DNA from: Rhizaria sp. SCN 62-66
Lineage: Eukaryota
Reading direction: 5' to 3'
Assembly (NCBI GenBank): GCA_001724265.1
Contig: MEDY01000016.1
Location: forward strand, 1 to 64,000
DNA: 64,000 nt
In this document: positions 51,549 through 64,000 of the stretch, one piece after another
How positions within the stretch are numbered: the first letter of the stretch is position 1
Layout: each line of letters starts with the position of its first letter
Position numbers and translations under genes: made by a program
Notes under the pieces: generated by a model
What the model saw: the letters and a program-made list of their open reading frames with translations, nothing else
Databases searched by the model: none
Told to the model about the DNA's origin: nothing

Positions 51549-54500
51549 TTAGTTGATGTCGTAATGCGAGGGCGCTCCCGAAGCGGCGCGCATCTCCCCG
51601 TTATACCCTCCACTGCCGCTGCTGCTGACGGCGCCGCCGGTGCGCGCGCTGGGGTCCATGAGCGACTCTGCGAGCTCGACCCGCGCCTCGGGCGTGTAGG
51701 CACGGCGGGTGGTGCAGTAGGTGCAGAGGGCGAGAACAGCGATGCAGAAGAGGATGATGCCCGTGATGACGAGCCCCACGGCCCAGCGCGGAAACCGGTG
51801 GCCGAAGAAGGCCACTCCGCTGGGTTTCTGCTCTTCGTCGCCGTAGCACCCGATGTCGTGGTTCACGCACTTGCGCGAACCCGCCGAGGCGGCGTCGCCG
51901 CACACGGAGGCATCCGCCGCAGCGTCCTTGGTGGCCTTGTTGCGGCACGCCACGGTGCGCGTCTGCGGCTCGTCGCACTGCGTGCACTCGCTCCAGTCGC
52001 CCAACACGAACTCGAAGTCGTTGGCCATCTCGGTCGACGCCACGCACTCGCCCGCGTAGCACTGCATGACCGTCGACGAGGACGAGCTGCTGGAGGTGCA
52101 CGGCACGCCGTCAGCGACCTGCAGCACGACGCCGCCAAACGAGTAGAAGCCGCACTTGTCGGAGGGCGTGGTCTGCGCCTGGCAGTATAGCACGCCACAG
52201 AACTCGCCGTCGTTGTACTGCCTCTGCAGCGCCGACGGGCACTGCGAGTAGGGCCCGCCGGTGAAGCTCGCCGTGTCCTCGCGGCACTGGCGCAGGTGTG
52301 AGCGGCACGTGCCGTCGTAGCACAGCCCCGCGCCGTAGGCGGCGGTGCGGCACGATACGCCCGGTCCGACGTGGAGGTCGGTGGGACAGGCTGCCGACGC
52401 GCCGTCGCACTTCTCGGGCAGATCGCAGGGGTCGAACGCGGCGCGGCACACGCGCTCCGAGGTGGCGGCAACGATGGAGCACGAGTCGCAGCAGGGCTGC
52501 GTGGCCGAGCACGTCGCGCCGGGCACGAAAGTGCAGGTGGAACCGTCGCAGCACGCGTCGACCGAGGAGCAGTCGACTTGGCCGCAGTCGCACTGCTCGC
52601 CCTCCTCGACCAGCCCGTTGCCGCACGTCGGCTGCGCGTTCCACTGCTTCGTCGGCGCCTCCCACAGACATGACATGCGCGAGTCGACCGTGGTGCGCAG
52701 CGTGTCGTGTGTGCATGTGGAGAACTCTGTCGGCGGCTGGTTGAGGGAGATGATGGCGTTCATGATGTATCCGCGCGCGGGGCAGTCGTTGCCCTGCGAG
52801 TCGTGGCGCGAACCCAAGTTGTGGCCCAGCTCGTGGGCCACCACGGCGGCCGCCATCGCGGGCTCCAGCCCCACGGTCTGGTCGATGCCACCCGACTGCG
52901 CGGTGCTGCACATGGCGCCCACGCCGGCGTATCCGAGCACTTGCGACTCGAAGTCGTAGCCCGAGAGGAGGTGACCGCTGTCGTGCGCGGGCGCCTTAGT
53001 GCTGTCGGAGCGCCAGCTGTTCCACTTGCTGAGCAGGTCCGACACGCCCACCTCGTTGCTCGCGCACGACGTGCACGAGCCCAGCGTCACGGGCCAGGGG
53101 TCGCCCGTGGCGAAGGTGACCTGCGCGACGAGCACGACGCGGATCGGCGGCGTGAAGGCAGCCGCGACGTACAGCGCAGAGACGGTGTTGGCGAGCGTCG
53201 CGGCGGACTGCTCTGTGTTGGAGCCGTGCTGAAGGTAGCGGCGGTGGTCGCTCGCCAACAGCAGCTCGATCCATGCCTCCGTCGTCGCCTGTGCTGTGAA
53301 CGAGGTCGACGACGACGAGGACGAGGACGGGGAGGACTGGGAGGACGACGAAGGCTTGACGGCAGTTGCACCCGCGGGGTTCGCAGCAGCCGCAGAAAAG
53401 GCGGCGGCAGAGGCAGAGAGGTCGTGTAGCACGGATTCGATGTAGTTCGCGCTCGCAGCGGCTGTCTCGCTGGCACTGTGATCGTTGTGATCATGTTCGT
53501 GGCCGTGGCTGTGAGCATCATGAGCGACGCCAAAGTGGCTCTGCGCAGCGTCATCGCCGCTGCTCTCAACATCGACGCCGCAGGAGCCGGTCTGCGTGAA
53601 GTCCGTGTCCTGGAGGCGGTACACGACGTGGAGCCCGCGCGGCCGCGTCTCGAGCGCAGACTGCAGGTCGAACGACCGCGCCTGCGGCCAGTGCACGCCG
53701 CGGCGGGCGTGCGCGGCGCGGAGCCTAGAAAAAAAAGCAGGGAGCAGTTTGAAAAAGCAAAATGATGCATCCATGTTAGAATTGTGTCAATGATTGTTGT
53801 CAGATCATGATCTCGAAGCATGAGCAGATCAAACATGCAGTCTCATGATTCTTTCTCTCGCGCATAACGTACTTGGGCAACGCTGTGGCAATGTCAGCTG
53901 CAGACAAATGGTCTAACGCGGGGCGAATTGAGTACAATGAGCCTGACTGAGCACGGAAGAAGCCGGAGAGACCGCCAGAGCATGCGTCGAATGCAAACAC
54001 ATCGCTACTGCCAGCGCCACTGTTAGACGCGGACATCGTCGCGAAGCCGGCGTGCGACGACGGCGACAGCGGCTCCGACGGCGGGAACGCGCTGGTCCTG
54101 CCACTGTCAGCGCTGTTGTCCGCGTTGTCGCCGTCGGTGGTCGCAGCCTCGGTCGCGAGCGTGGCGTGGTAGTAGCATATGTCGATCTCGGCGAGCGTCT
54201 TGACCGAGTCGAGCGAGTGGATGTGCTCGCCCTCGGCCCACACCTGCCGCGTCTCGGTGTAGTTCGGGTGAAACAGCGCGTCGTTGCGGCGAAGGGACAG
54301 CGTCAACGGTGCGCCGGCGGCCGCGGTGCTGCTCGCTGCAGCCGTCGTCGCAGCGGATGTCGCGACATGGAGAGTCACGCGGGCAGACGCGGGAAACGAG
54401 CGGCGCGCGCCTGTAGCCTCTGCAACGCGCATGGGAAAGCCGGTAGTGGTGAAGGACGTGGCAGCAAAAGGAAAATCCTCGGTATCGACGAAAGCCAGCT

Positions 54501-54684
54501 CGAAAGCAGAGAGTTTCTCACCGAGCGATGACCGCGTTGTAGACGCAAGAGACTGCAAGGAAAAAGGCAGACTGGATAGTGGCGCGGGCGCGGGGGCAGT
54601 TGCAGCATGAGTAGCTAAAAGAGCTAGCATAGCAGTAAGCGCTGCAACCAGAGTCGCAAGCTGTGCCCAGCGAGCCGTCCTCAT
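51549..54684 (-). CDS. ADAM-type (reprolysin M12B) membrane metalloprotease; exons 54684-53873 and 53724-51549 (~995 aa)
   Basis: Signal peptide, prodomain with Cys switch (GSCGV), zinc motif HELGHNLGSRHD, Met-turn GYIMN, disintegrin (CGNGLVEEGEQCDCG..CDLPEKCDG), Cys-rich domain, TSP1-like segment (GDWSECTQC..QTRTVAC), TM helix and cytosolic tail. Ends TAA. Confidence 0.93.
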
Positions 54685-55127
54685 CGTGAGCAAGGGAAGG
54701 CGTTCGCTCGGTGTGGTTCCTTGAAAGTCAAACTGCAAAGCAAGATGGGGTGGTATATGTTTAGTTTGGGGAAGTGCAAACAAAAATAATAATACAAGTT
54801 AGTTCTGCTCATCTTTTTCAGCAACAGCTCTTGGAAATATCGACTATGAATCACAAAAATTACCCGTTTCAAAATTTGCAAGAGCGTCCTCTGCTTCTCT
54901 CCGCTGCCACCACAAATTTACCGCGAAGCATGCATTTCGAGGATATATCAACGAAGTCAAAGGATATACGATAAATGAGTTTTAACTGTGTATACATGTC
55001 ACTAAAGTAGCTCGAAAATGGCCACAAAAACGTGATGACGATTCATATCCCCTCCGAATGCCGAATGAAATATTATTTCCTGTAACGCATGTGACTAAGG
55101 CACATATTCCCTCGCACTCGCACTAGC

Positions 55128-58100
55128 TCAATCGCGGTAATTAACACCCATGCGCTTCCTCTTAAAGACAAATTCGGCCTCCAGAGACTCGCTCTCACTG
55201 TCACCAACCTCGACCGAGATCTGCGAAAGCGTCCGCGACTGCGACCGTGCCTGTGGACGTGAACGTGACTGTGATTGGGACTGCGACTGAGAGCGTTTCT
55301 CAGACTCCGACTCAGACTCTGTCTCGGAGTCAGCATCTTTACCCTTGCGCTTGCCCGCACTCTTAGCACTCTCACCTCTCGTGTTGTGTTGACTTCTACC
55401 GCTGCTGCTCTTGCCAGTGCCAGTGAACACGAACCCGTTCGCCTGGAAGCGCGCACGCTGAGTCTCCACCTGCTTTTGGGAGCTCACAGCGCGTGTAGCG
55501 ATGCGCTTGGCGATGACGGCCGCCGTCGCCTCCGCCTTGGCCTGCGCCTTGGCCTTGGCGGCGGCCACACGGGACGCCGGGCCGCGCACGGGCTCGAGGT
55601 CGGACTCAGTCTCAGACCCGGAGCCGGAGCCGGAGCCAGAGCCCGTGCGGGAGTTGCCTGCCTCATCCTCTTCGTCTCTGCCACTGCCACTGCCGCTGGC
55701 ATCCTTATCGCCACTCTCATCGTCGTCGTCGCCCATGTGCTTGCCGCCGCGCTCAGAGCCGCCGCGGTCGGCAGCGACCGCGCGCCCGCGCCCGCGCCCG
55801 CGGCCACCGATCGCGCCGCCACGGATTGCGCCACCACGGATCGCGCCACCACGGACCGCGCCACCACGGACCGCGCCGCCACGGACGACACGGCCGCGGC
55901 CAGAGCGGGCACCGTCGCTCTCGCTCTCGATCTCAGTCAGCAGCGTGCTGCCGGTGTCGCTCTCGCTGGCCTGCTCGCGGTCGCCGGCGAAATCGCTCTC
56001 CGTCTCGCTGCCAGCCTTGCTCCTGCCGCTGCCACTGTCGCAAGGCTTCTTGCTATTGTTGTTGCTGTCGCTGTCAACCTCGCTGACAGTCTCGCTTTGC
56101 GAGTCACTTAGGATCTCCGCGCCTCTGGCCGCGTCCCTATCGTTCGCACGAGAGCCGGCGCCCGCCCTCTTGGCGCGAGCGTTCCGGTTCCTGCCGTTGT
56201 TGCCACCGTGGGACTCCGAGTCAGACTCGGTGGACGAGTCGCTCAGGGTGATCGCGTCGTGTGCACGACGGCGACCGCCGCGACCGCTGCCGTGCTGAGC
56301 GTCGACCTCGTCCGCAGCGGCCGCAGCCTTGGCGGCCGCCCGCGCGGCCTTGGCGGCGGCCGCGGCCGCCAGCACAGCCGAGGGCGAGTGCGCCGACAGC
56401 TTAGCCTGCTCCGCGGCGGCCGTCGCCGCGGCGGCGGCGTTCGCGGCGGCCGTACGTGCGTTGGCGGCGCTAGAACTGGAGCTGGAGCTGGAGCTGGAGC
56501 CGGAGCTGGAACTGGAGTGCGCGTGGGGACCCGCGCTGGGAGAGTTGGAGCGCGGGGAGTTCGACAGCGGCGAGCTAGAGCGGGGACTCGCGGAGCTCTT
56601 GGAGTACCGATAACTGTCGTCGCGCCCCCCGGAGCGGGGCTTCGGCAGGCGGCCACGGGAGGGCGCGATGGGGGAAGGTTGGTCGTCGTGGAGACCGCTC
56701 TCGAAGCAATACTTCTTGCCGTAGTCGAGCAGAAGCTCGTCACCGGCGGCAATGCGGCGCAGGAGGAAGATTCCCACGCGCATTTCACCGCTCGCGGGGC
56801 AGCGGTAGTACGCGAACTCGCAGTTGGGCTCACGGCCCGTGCCCTTGCTGCCGTTGATGAAGCGGGACTCGTTGCCAGCGTACTGGGCGTCGATCAGGAA
56901 CATGGTGTGGTGCGTCGTGTTGCGGTCGAACTCGCCACGCGGGCTGGGAATAGTAACGATTGGAAAGAGAAATGATAAAAAGAGTTAGTGAGATAAATGA
57001 TCGCAACGCATCTCAGTCACATATAAAAGCATCGTTGCGCTCGTAATCGCGAAGACATGAAAAATTCAAAGTAGTTTCAAAACGTACTTGTTAGAGGAAA
57101 CCTCGCTGTAGGTGAAGAGATACTGACCCGACCGGCCGCCCGTGTCGATCCGCATGATCCCCGTGTAGTCCATGAGGTGGAGACCGAGGCGCGAAACCTT
57201 GCCGTTGTCGGCCAGGTATTCGAGCCCGTCGGGGTCATGGCCGCCGATGTCGACGCGCGCAAAGAGCCCACGCTGCACCGAGACCTCGGCTGTGGGCTGC
57301 GCGGCCGGGTGGCCCGAGGTCGGGTCCAGGACCTTGATCTCGAAGTAGTCCTTCGAGGTGTAGTACGCCGCGGGAACGTTACCCTGGCGGGGCCGGCGCA
57401 GGCGACTGTGGAAACAAAAGCAATGTAGTACAAAATGTGTAAGTCAGTGAATAGTGCAAATGCAGGTTTCACAAAAGAAAATAATTAAAATCAGAAGACA
57501 TAAGAATCTAAAGTCGACGTACATGGGCGCAACAAGACTGGGAGTCGACACAGGCTCTCCGTTGAGCATGCACGCCACGCGCACAAGCGCGTACTGGTCC
57601 TTGCGTTTCCTCGCGCTTTCCTTCTCCGTTTCGCCGCTCGCCAAAGAGCGTGCAGACCGCGCGACGTCCGACTGGGACGGCACCTCGCGGCGGAACTGGA
57701 GGATGCGCCGCTCAGCCTCAGCGCGCGCGGCCCTGCCGCCGTTAAAGAAGGTGCCGACGGCGTCCTTCTCGAGCGTGCCACGCCTCGCGTCACCATCACG
57801 GCCACCACTCTTCTTACTGAAGCTGTCGCCGTCGTCGTTGTCGTCTTCGTCGCCGTTACTGTCGTCGTCGCCAACCTCAATCTCAGAGTCGCTGTTGCTA
57901 GCGCCACCATTGTTATCGCCACCGGAGGACGAGCCGTCGAGATCGGCGTCCCCGCCGTAGCGGCGTTTCACACGCTCGTTTATCAGACGTGCCGCCGCAA
58001 CGGCGCGTGCGTCGCAGTCGTGCCCGTGGTCGGGACCGTAGATGCCGCGCACGCTCGTGTTGGCCTGGTGCCGCAGCTGTGGGCCAAGGTTTCTGTCGTA

Positions 58101-59802
58101 GCACTTCTTGCACATCGTCACGGCGTCGCAGTTGACCATGGGCATGTGCGGCGTGTTGCGCGAGACCAGCAGCATCTCCAAATCGGGCAGACGCGGGTCG
58201 GGCGGGAAAGGAAAAGACGTGCGCATGCGCTCAAATGTGGGCGGAACGGCCCAAATAACGTTTGTGGTATAGACGACGTCGCGCGGCCAGCCGTTAGGGG
58301 CAGTATCGCCGACAACCTAAGATAAAAACGAAACGACAAGTAATGAGGTAGACAGAAATGAGACAACATCGTATAAATCAACATTATCATCAAATAAAAT
58401 TTGCAATTTTGCTTGTTATTAGTTTCACTGAGCGCAATGGACATACCTGGCGATAAACAGGGCACAGCGCGCATGCGTCCTTGAGGGTGCGCACAAAATC
58501 TGCGTACGAGTACTTGGGACACAGACCGATGTCGGGCCACGGGTTGTAGGAGCGCAACGAGTTCTGCGCGTAGGGCTGCTGCTGACCGTTGTGCCCTGCG
58601 CCGTTGCCGTTGCCGATGCCGCCGAGCCCGCCGCTGGCGGCGCGGCTGTATCCGCCGGGTGCGGGTAGGGCGGCCTCGGCCTCAACCATCTGACTGATGC
58701 GCTTGTTGGCCAGCGTCGCCGCGCGGCGCGGCTGGCGGCCGCCCTCGACGCCGCTGAGCGGGCTGTTGGGCTCGCCGTCAGGCCCCACATAGACGGCTGA
58801 CGCTCTGGCGTCGTCGTCGTCGAGCGAAATGCACGTCTCGGCGCTGTCGCCGGACCCCGCGGAAGCTGTGGAAGGAACGGGCACAGTGCCGTTAAAGCCG
58901 CTGCCCGCCTGCGCGTGCTGCTTCTGCGCCGTCAGCGCCTGGACTGCGCCGCTGGACGCGCTGGCGGCCGCGGCGACGACCACGCCGGCCATCTCGCCCA
59001 CGAAGCGCTGCACATGGCGCGCGACCGTGGCGTACGCGTCGTCGTCCCTGCCGCGGCCCGCAGTGCGGTACAGGCGCGACACCGTGTCCGTCTCGTGTCC
59101 GGGCGGGAACTCAACACTGTGACGCGTGGCCGCAACGGCGGTGAGCGCGCGCAGACTGCCGCGTTCGGCGAAGAGCGCGGTGCGCAGCATCACGTTCTCC
59201 ATGCGCAGCAGCTGCGCCATGCGGAACGCCTCCTGGTCGGCGTGAAAGCCCGCCGTGCCGGGCATGGGGCGCGAAACGGTGGCTCTAAACCACGCGCTGA
59301 CGAGCGTCGAGTCCGAGACCTGGGCCGCCCCGAACGTGGGCGCACCGACCGCGACGGCGGCGGCGGCGCGGCCGTGCGCGGCGTTGACTGCGCCGAGCAT
59401 GGGGCGGCCCAGGCCGGGCTCGTCCTCAATCAGCGGCAGCCGCTGCAGCGCGGCACCGACGCTGCGCGCGTTGGGGAAAAGCGGGTTCGAGCTCTGCTGC
59501 GGCGGGGCAGACTGCGGGTGCTGCAGGATCTGCTGCGCGTGTGCATGCGTGTGCGCGAGCGAGGCGCGCGCGGCGTGCTCCGAGAGCGGGAAACGCTCGG
59601 TGAAGGATGAGGCACCGGCGGCGGCGGCGCTGCTGCGGCTCTGCGCGCTGCCGCCGGTGTTCTTGCTGCTGCGGCTGGCGATGGACGCGAAGGCCCGCGC
59701 GGCGTCGGACTGCGGCACCCTCTCCGAGGGCAGCGGAATGCCGAGGGGCAGCTCATGGACCTCCGCGTACGGGTCCGTGAGGTCAAAGACGTAACGTGAC
59801 AT
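55128..59802 (-). CDS. SET-domain protein with a long acidic/RGG/Ser-rich tail; exons 59802-58447, 58316-57523, 57405-57088, 56943-55128 (~1427 aa)
   Basis: Spliced SET motifs QRGLFA, LMDYTG, YLF, IDAQYAGNESRFING, PNCEF and IAAGDELLLDYG. Exon phases are consistent across three introns. Ends TGA. Confidence 0.82.
55809..55883 (-). repeat. Coding 15-bp tandem repeat x5 encoding (RGGA[V/I])5
   Basis: Five near-identical copies of ga(t/c)(c/t)gcgcc(g/a)ccacg on the plus strand. Confidence 0.85.
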
Positions 59803-60516
59803 AAAGACTGAGGAAGCGCGGGGGTGTGTAGAAGGAACAGGAACGCTCGGGGAGTCTCAGAGGCAGTCCGATGAAGTGGGAAGGAGAGCTGCTGCGACGG
59901 GCGTCGAAGCAGAGAACTTTCGGTGCGCGAAAGTCGCACAGGAAAGAGCGTTGCGGGACAACAGGGTTATACAGAAATGTGCTCCAAGGGTACAACGGGA
60001 AAGTCGGTACGAAACCAGAAACGGAGCCAATGGAAAGGCTCGTGGGAAAGGTGCACAACCGTGCAAGGAGCGCCGAGTGCGCCTTTGGACGTGTACAGAA
60101 AAAACGACAAATTTGACGCAAATTTTGGCATAGTAAGACAGGTATAATTGAAAATCCAACAAGAATTCTCATAGACTCGTGTCATTCATGAAGTATCACT
60201 CTAAACTACAATGAAGCTAGTCCGATTTTTTAGCAGAAATGTTGGCGCTGGTGGGCGCGAGAACGGTCAGCCAACTGTCGCCAATATTGTGGGCTTCAGG
60301 TCGACTCCTTAAACTGAATGCAACAAGTCATTACATCCAATAGGGTGCATTTGTCCACCGTCAATAGCGATATATTTCCTTTTTTGCTGCTTGCATTCAC
60401 GATTTCTGTTCGTGCCTTAAACCAGACCCCACTCGCCCTCTACTCATATCCCCGATCTCCATCTTCTTCGGTACTACCGCCTTTCATCTCGCCGCGCTTC
60501 TCCCGGCAGCCGCGTC

Positions 60517-63459
60517 ATGCACCGCGCCATTGGGTCTTGCGTGCGGCAGCCGCAGCTGCTGCGGCGCGCCCACCGCGCCCTCTCCGGTGCCGCTCTCCCC
60601 GCCGCAGCCTCTGTTGCGACCGTTGCTCGCTCACAGCCGCAACTGTTGCAACAGTCGCGTGGCGCGATTACTCTCGCAGCCGCGCCCCTGCGCACGCTCT
60701 CCACGTCTGCTTACCTCAAGCCCCTGCCGCCCTCTCTGTCCGCTCTTGCCGTGCGCCCCATCACCGCGCACACCGTCGCCCGCCGTGACTACTCGTCCTC
60801 TGCTGCCCCGGCAGCCACTGCTGCCGCCGCTGCTGCGGCAGTCCCTGCCGCGCGCGACACGAGCTATCTGACGACGGCCTCTTCTCTCCCCGCGCCACCC
60901 TGCGTGCCCGCGCCGCGCGTGAACGCCGACGCGGCCTCTGCGCGCACGCTGCAGCACTGGGTGCGCGCGCACCGCGGCTTCGTCTCCCCCTCCGTCCACA
61001 TCGGCCCCGTCCTCTCGCAGCCGCAGTCGCACCCCACTGACGCCAGCGCTGCGGGCGTGAGTGCGCGTGCGGACGAGAGCAACTGGGGCGTGGTGGCGAC
61101 GCAGGACGTCCCCGCGGGCGCGCTGCTCATGTCCGTTCCCGTGGGGCTGTGTCTGTTCCCGCTGGAGCACCCGCTGGCCGCCGAGAGCGTGTCGCCACTG
61201 CCCGCGGCAGTCAACGCCGCCGAGACGGCGGTGACGGCGCAGACGGCCACGCGCGACGGCTCGCTCGCCTCGGCGCCCCTTGCCATCGCCGCGACCGGCG
61301 CGAGCGAGGAGCCGGAGCTGGTGCAGAGCCAGCGCTTCTTCGCCGTCGACGCCGCCAGCAAGGCGCAGCACTCGGCTGCTGTCGCCGCCGCGCTCGCCGC
61401 CGCGGACCCCGCCGCCGGCGCCGCCATCGCGGCCTCCGCCGCCAACGCCGCCGCCAACGCCACCGTGAGCGCGACTGCGACCGTGAGCGGGCCAGTGCTA
61501 CCGCAAGTCAAGCCGCTGGCGTCCCCTGCGCCGCGCCCGGACCAGGCGCGCCTGCCGGCCGACGTGCTGGCGCACAACCCGACCGCGGCGGCCAGCGCCG
61601 AGGACCCCGCGGTGCCGACGCTGCGGCGGCACGCGCGCGACCAGGGCGACGCGTTCTACCAGGCCGTGGCCACACTCGCCGCGGGCGTGCCCGACTCGTT
61701 CTTCCAGCTCCGCCTCGCGCTGCGCCTGCTCGCCGAGCGCGCCGCCGATACGTCCGTTTTCGCGCCCTACGTCAACTGTCTGCCCGCGACGTTCCCCACG
61801 CACCCGCTGTTCTTCTCGCAGGACGCGATGCAGGCGCTGCAGTACCAGCCGCTCGTCACCGAGACGACGCAGCGTGCGCGCACACTGCACCAGCTCGCGA
61901 CCGCGCTCAACACACCCGACGGCAAGGCCGCCGAGACGACGGCACAGCGTGCGGCCGCGGTCGCGTTCAACGGGTTTGACGTCTCGGCCGCGGACCTGGC
62001 CTGGGCCGTGTCGGCCGTGACGTCGCGTGCCTTCCGCGCGCCGCCGCTGCGCACCGCGCAGTACTCGCACTCCTACAACAGTGAGTCTGCTGCGAATTCT
62101 AGCAGCACTGGCCCGACAGTCGAGCGCAAGGACATTGAGGTGGGCGAGTCGTTCAAGGGCGAGCACCTGGCGATGATTCCCCTCATCGACATGCTCAACC
62201 ACTCGCTGGAGCCTAACGCCTACTCGAGCTTCCTGCGCGTCGACCCCACCGCTCCTGGCAAGGGCGGCTACCACGTCGCCCTGCGCGCGCTGCGTCCCAT
62301 CAAGGCCGGCGAGGAGCTCACGCTCAACTACTTCCGCCCGCGCACGAACTCCGGCGACGCCGGCGCTGTGGCCGCGGCGGCGCGCGCGGAGCTGGAGGAC
62401 CGCGCCGCCACTGGTTACACCACCGCCGCGAGCACAGCTTCTGGCTCTGCGGCGGCAAGCAAGAGCGTGCGCCCGCTGTCGTGGGGCGCCAACACGGCCG
62501 CTGCGGCGGTGGCGCAGGCGCTGGTGGACCCGGCGGACCTGTGGGGCGTGGCCTACACAGAGTCCTCGGACGAGACGCTGGTCAACTTCGGCTTCGTTCC
62601 GGCGTGGAACGCGCGCGACCGCTTCCGCCTCGAGCTCAACGTCGACCTGCTCAAGACGGCCATGACCATGGCGCTCGACTTGGGCGCCGACACGGAGAAG
62701 CTCGCCGCCGCCGCCGCGGCCGCCGCGACGGGCAGCGGCGACGGGACCGTGCCCGTGACCACGGCGCTGCAAGCGCAGGGGCTGGTGGCGGCCGCGCCGG
62801 GCGAGTTCACGGACCGCCAGCGCGAGCTCATCGACACCGTGCTGTCGCTGCCCGCGAGCATGCCGCTGTACGTCGGCTGGGGCGGCCCCTCGCCCGCGCT
62901 CGCCGCGCTGTGCCGCGTGCTGGCCGCCGGGACTTGCCGCGTTAACGCCGCTGGAGACCGCGAACAGTCGCCGCTGATCGACACCACGCTCGAGTTCGAG
63001 CGCGCGCGGGTCGAGTCCGAGGCGCGCGTCGAGGCCGCCCGCGCGGTGGCTGCGACGGCGCGCAGGGCGGACGATCTGGCGCGCATGCTGTGGGCCACGC
63101 GCGGCCGCATCCTTCCCTCGAGCAGCGCGAGCAGCAATGGAGACGCTGCGGGGAGCGAGATCGAGGCGAGGGACGCGCTGGCGGGCTGGGGCGCGGACCC
63201 GCTCACGGCTGAGAACGAGGCCGGCGCGCGCGCTGTGCTGTACAAGCTGCTGGTGCTGCACACGGCCATGTTCCGCGGCAAGCTGTCGCGCGACGCAGAG
63301 GCTATGGCCAAGGCGGCGGATAAAAAGGACGCTGCGGGGTTCATCGCGCTGCAGGTTGCGCGCGGCAAGAAGCAGATTTTGACGCACGCGCTGATGATGT
63401 TGGCCAGGGACTTGGAGCTGGATGAGAGCGTGCACGCGTGGCACAAGTCTCTTGTGTGA
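60517..63459 (+). CDS. Rubisco-LSMT/SETD3-SETD6-type SET lysine methyltransferase with an N-terminal organellar-type presequence (980 aa)
   Basis: Motifs WGVVATQDVPAGALLMSVP, FAPYVNCLP, LAWAVSAVTSRAF, MIPLIDMLNHS, GEELTLNY and LVNFGF. The N-terminus is Arg/Ser/Ala-rich and acid-free. Ends TGA. Confidence 0.87.
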   Translation: MHRAIGSCVRQPQLLRRAHRALSGAALPAAASVATVARSQPQLLQQSRGAITLAAAPLRTLSTSAYLKPLPPSLSALAVRPITAHTVARRDYSSSAAPAATAAAAAAAVPAARDTSYLTTASSLPAPPCVPAPRVNADAASARTLQHWVRAHRGFVSPSVHIGPVLSQPQSHPTDASAAGVSARADESNWGVVATQDVPAGALLMSVPVGLCLFPLEHPLAAESVSPLPAAVNAAETAVTAQTATRDGSLASAPLAIAATGASEEPELVQSQRFFAVDAASKAQHSAAVAAALAAADPAAGAAIAASAANAAANATVSATATVSGPVLPQVKPLASPAPRPDQARLPADVLAHNPTAAASAEDPAVPTLRRHARDQGDAFYQAVATLAAGVPDSFFQLRLALRLLAERAADTSVFAPYVNCLPATFPTHPLFFSQDAMQALQYQPLVTETTQRARTLHQLATALNTPDGKAAETTAQRAAAVAFNGFDVSAADLAWAVSAVTSRAFRAPPLRTAQYSHSYNSESAANSSSTGPTVERKDIEVGESFKGEHLAMIPLIDMLNHSLEPNAYSSFLRVDPTAPGKGGYHVALRALRPIKAGEELTLNYFRPRTNSGDAGAVAAAARAELEDRAATGYTTAASTASGSAAASKSVRPLSWGANTAAAAVAQALVDPADLWGVAYTESSDETLVNFGFVPAWNARDRFRLELNVDLLKTAMTMALDLGADTEKLAAAAAAAATGSGDGTVPVTTALQAQGLVAAAPGEFTDRQRELIDTVLSLPASMPLYVGWGGPSPALAALCRVLAAGTCRVNAAGDREQSPLIDTTLEFERARVESEARVEAARAVAATARRADDLARMLWATRGRILPSSSASSNGDAAGSEIEARDALAGWGADPLTAENEAGARAVLYKLLVLHTAMFRGKLSRDAEAMAKAADKKDAAGFIALQVARGKKQILTHALMMLARDLELDESVHAWHKSLV

Positions 63460-64000
63460 AGACTCATTAATATGTTAAGCTTAATGTGAACATGAGTCTT
63501 TATCGTTGCTGGCTTTCCGCCGGTAACGTTGCTGGTTGTTCTAAAATATGGTCAGGAGGTATATTTATTTACTACGTGTAATAACACGTATCAATAATAC
63601 ATTATTTGGACAAAAGTAATCCTTGAGATACGGAAAGCTTTTGATGATGCAGAGTCATTGACAGATATCGTCTACGTGCCTCTAAGATGGGCTGGGAGAA
63701 CAAAAAGAAAGAACCATGGGATGGGAGTCGAACTAAAGGATGTACAATAAATTTGTTTTGTAAAACAAAAATAAATGTCCACCAGAAATGCAAATCTTCT
63801 TTGTTATTTCGTGCTTTTAGTGAAAAAGTAAATCCCAGCAAAAATGTAATACTTTTATAAGAAGTAAAAATGTTGATGAAAAGTTTGTAGCTCGGAACTT
63901 GAACACATGTTTACTGCTTTAACTTAAAATAAAATAATAAAGATTCTTATTATATCAGAATATTGATTGAATAAGGTGAAAAGAGACAGCACTAAGAGAT

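Noticed and set aside
61498-63444. Long antisense or alternative-frame ORFs overlapping real genes (e.g. 61498-63444, 26397-27845, 38936-40099, 12747-13496)
   Set aside because: These are expected shadows of high-GC3 coding sequence and show no recognisable motifs.

Overview
Gene-dense nuclear DNA from a microbial eukaryote, with GC-rich coding exons, short AT-rich GT-AG introns (mostly GTACGT donors) and AT-rich intergenic spacers. I assembled 17 protein-coding gene models by hand: a saccharopine dehydrogenase-like oxidoreductase, an ARM-repeat protein, an acyl-CoA-binding protein ending in AKL, the meiotic gene HOP2, a TMEM222/RTE1 (DUF778) protein, the spliceosomal helicase PRP2/DHX16, its G-patch cofactor SPP2/GPKOW, a TMEM170-like protein, a giant WD40 protein, an EF-hand protein, a PP2C phosphatase, a giant PPR(-SMR)-like protein, a giant low-complexity protein, an ADAM metalloprotease, two SET-domain proteins and one orphan. 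The main result is that TAG appears not to act as a stop codon. Seven in-frame TAGs interrupt five otherwise continuous reading frames, and all 17 models end in TAA (6) or TGA (11). This points to a non-standard nuclear genetic code that reassigns UAG only, or to systematic UAG recoding or editing. The encoded amino acid cannot be determined from this window. A second result is that PRP2 and its activator SPP2 lie head-to-head about 300 bp apart. I found no rRNA, tRNA, CRISPR array or recognisable transposon. All family calls rest on motif recognition by eye, without database searches.
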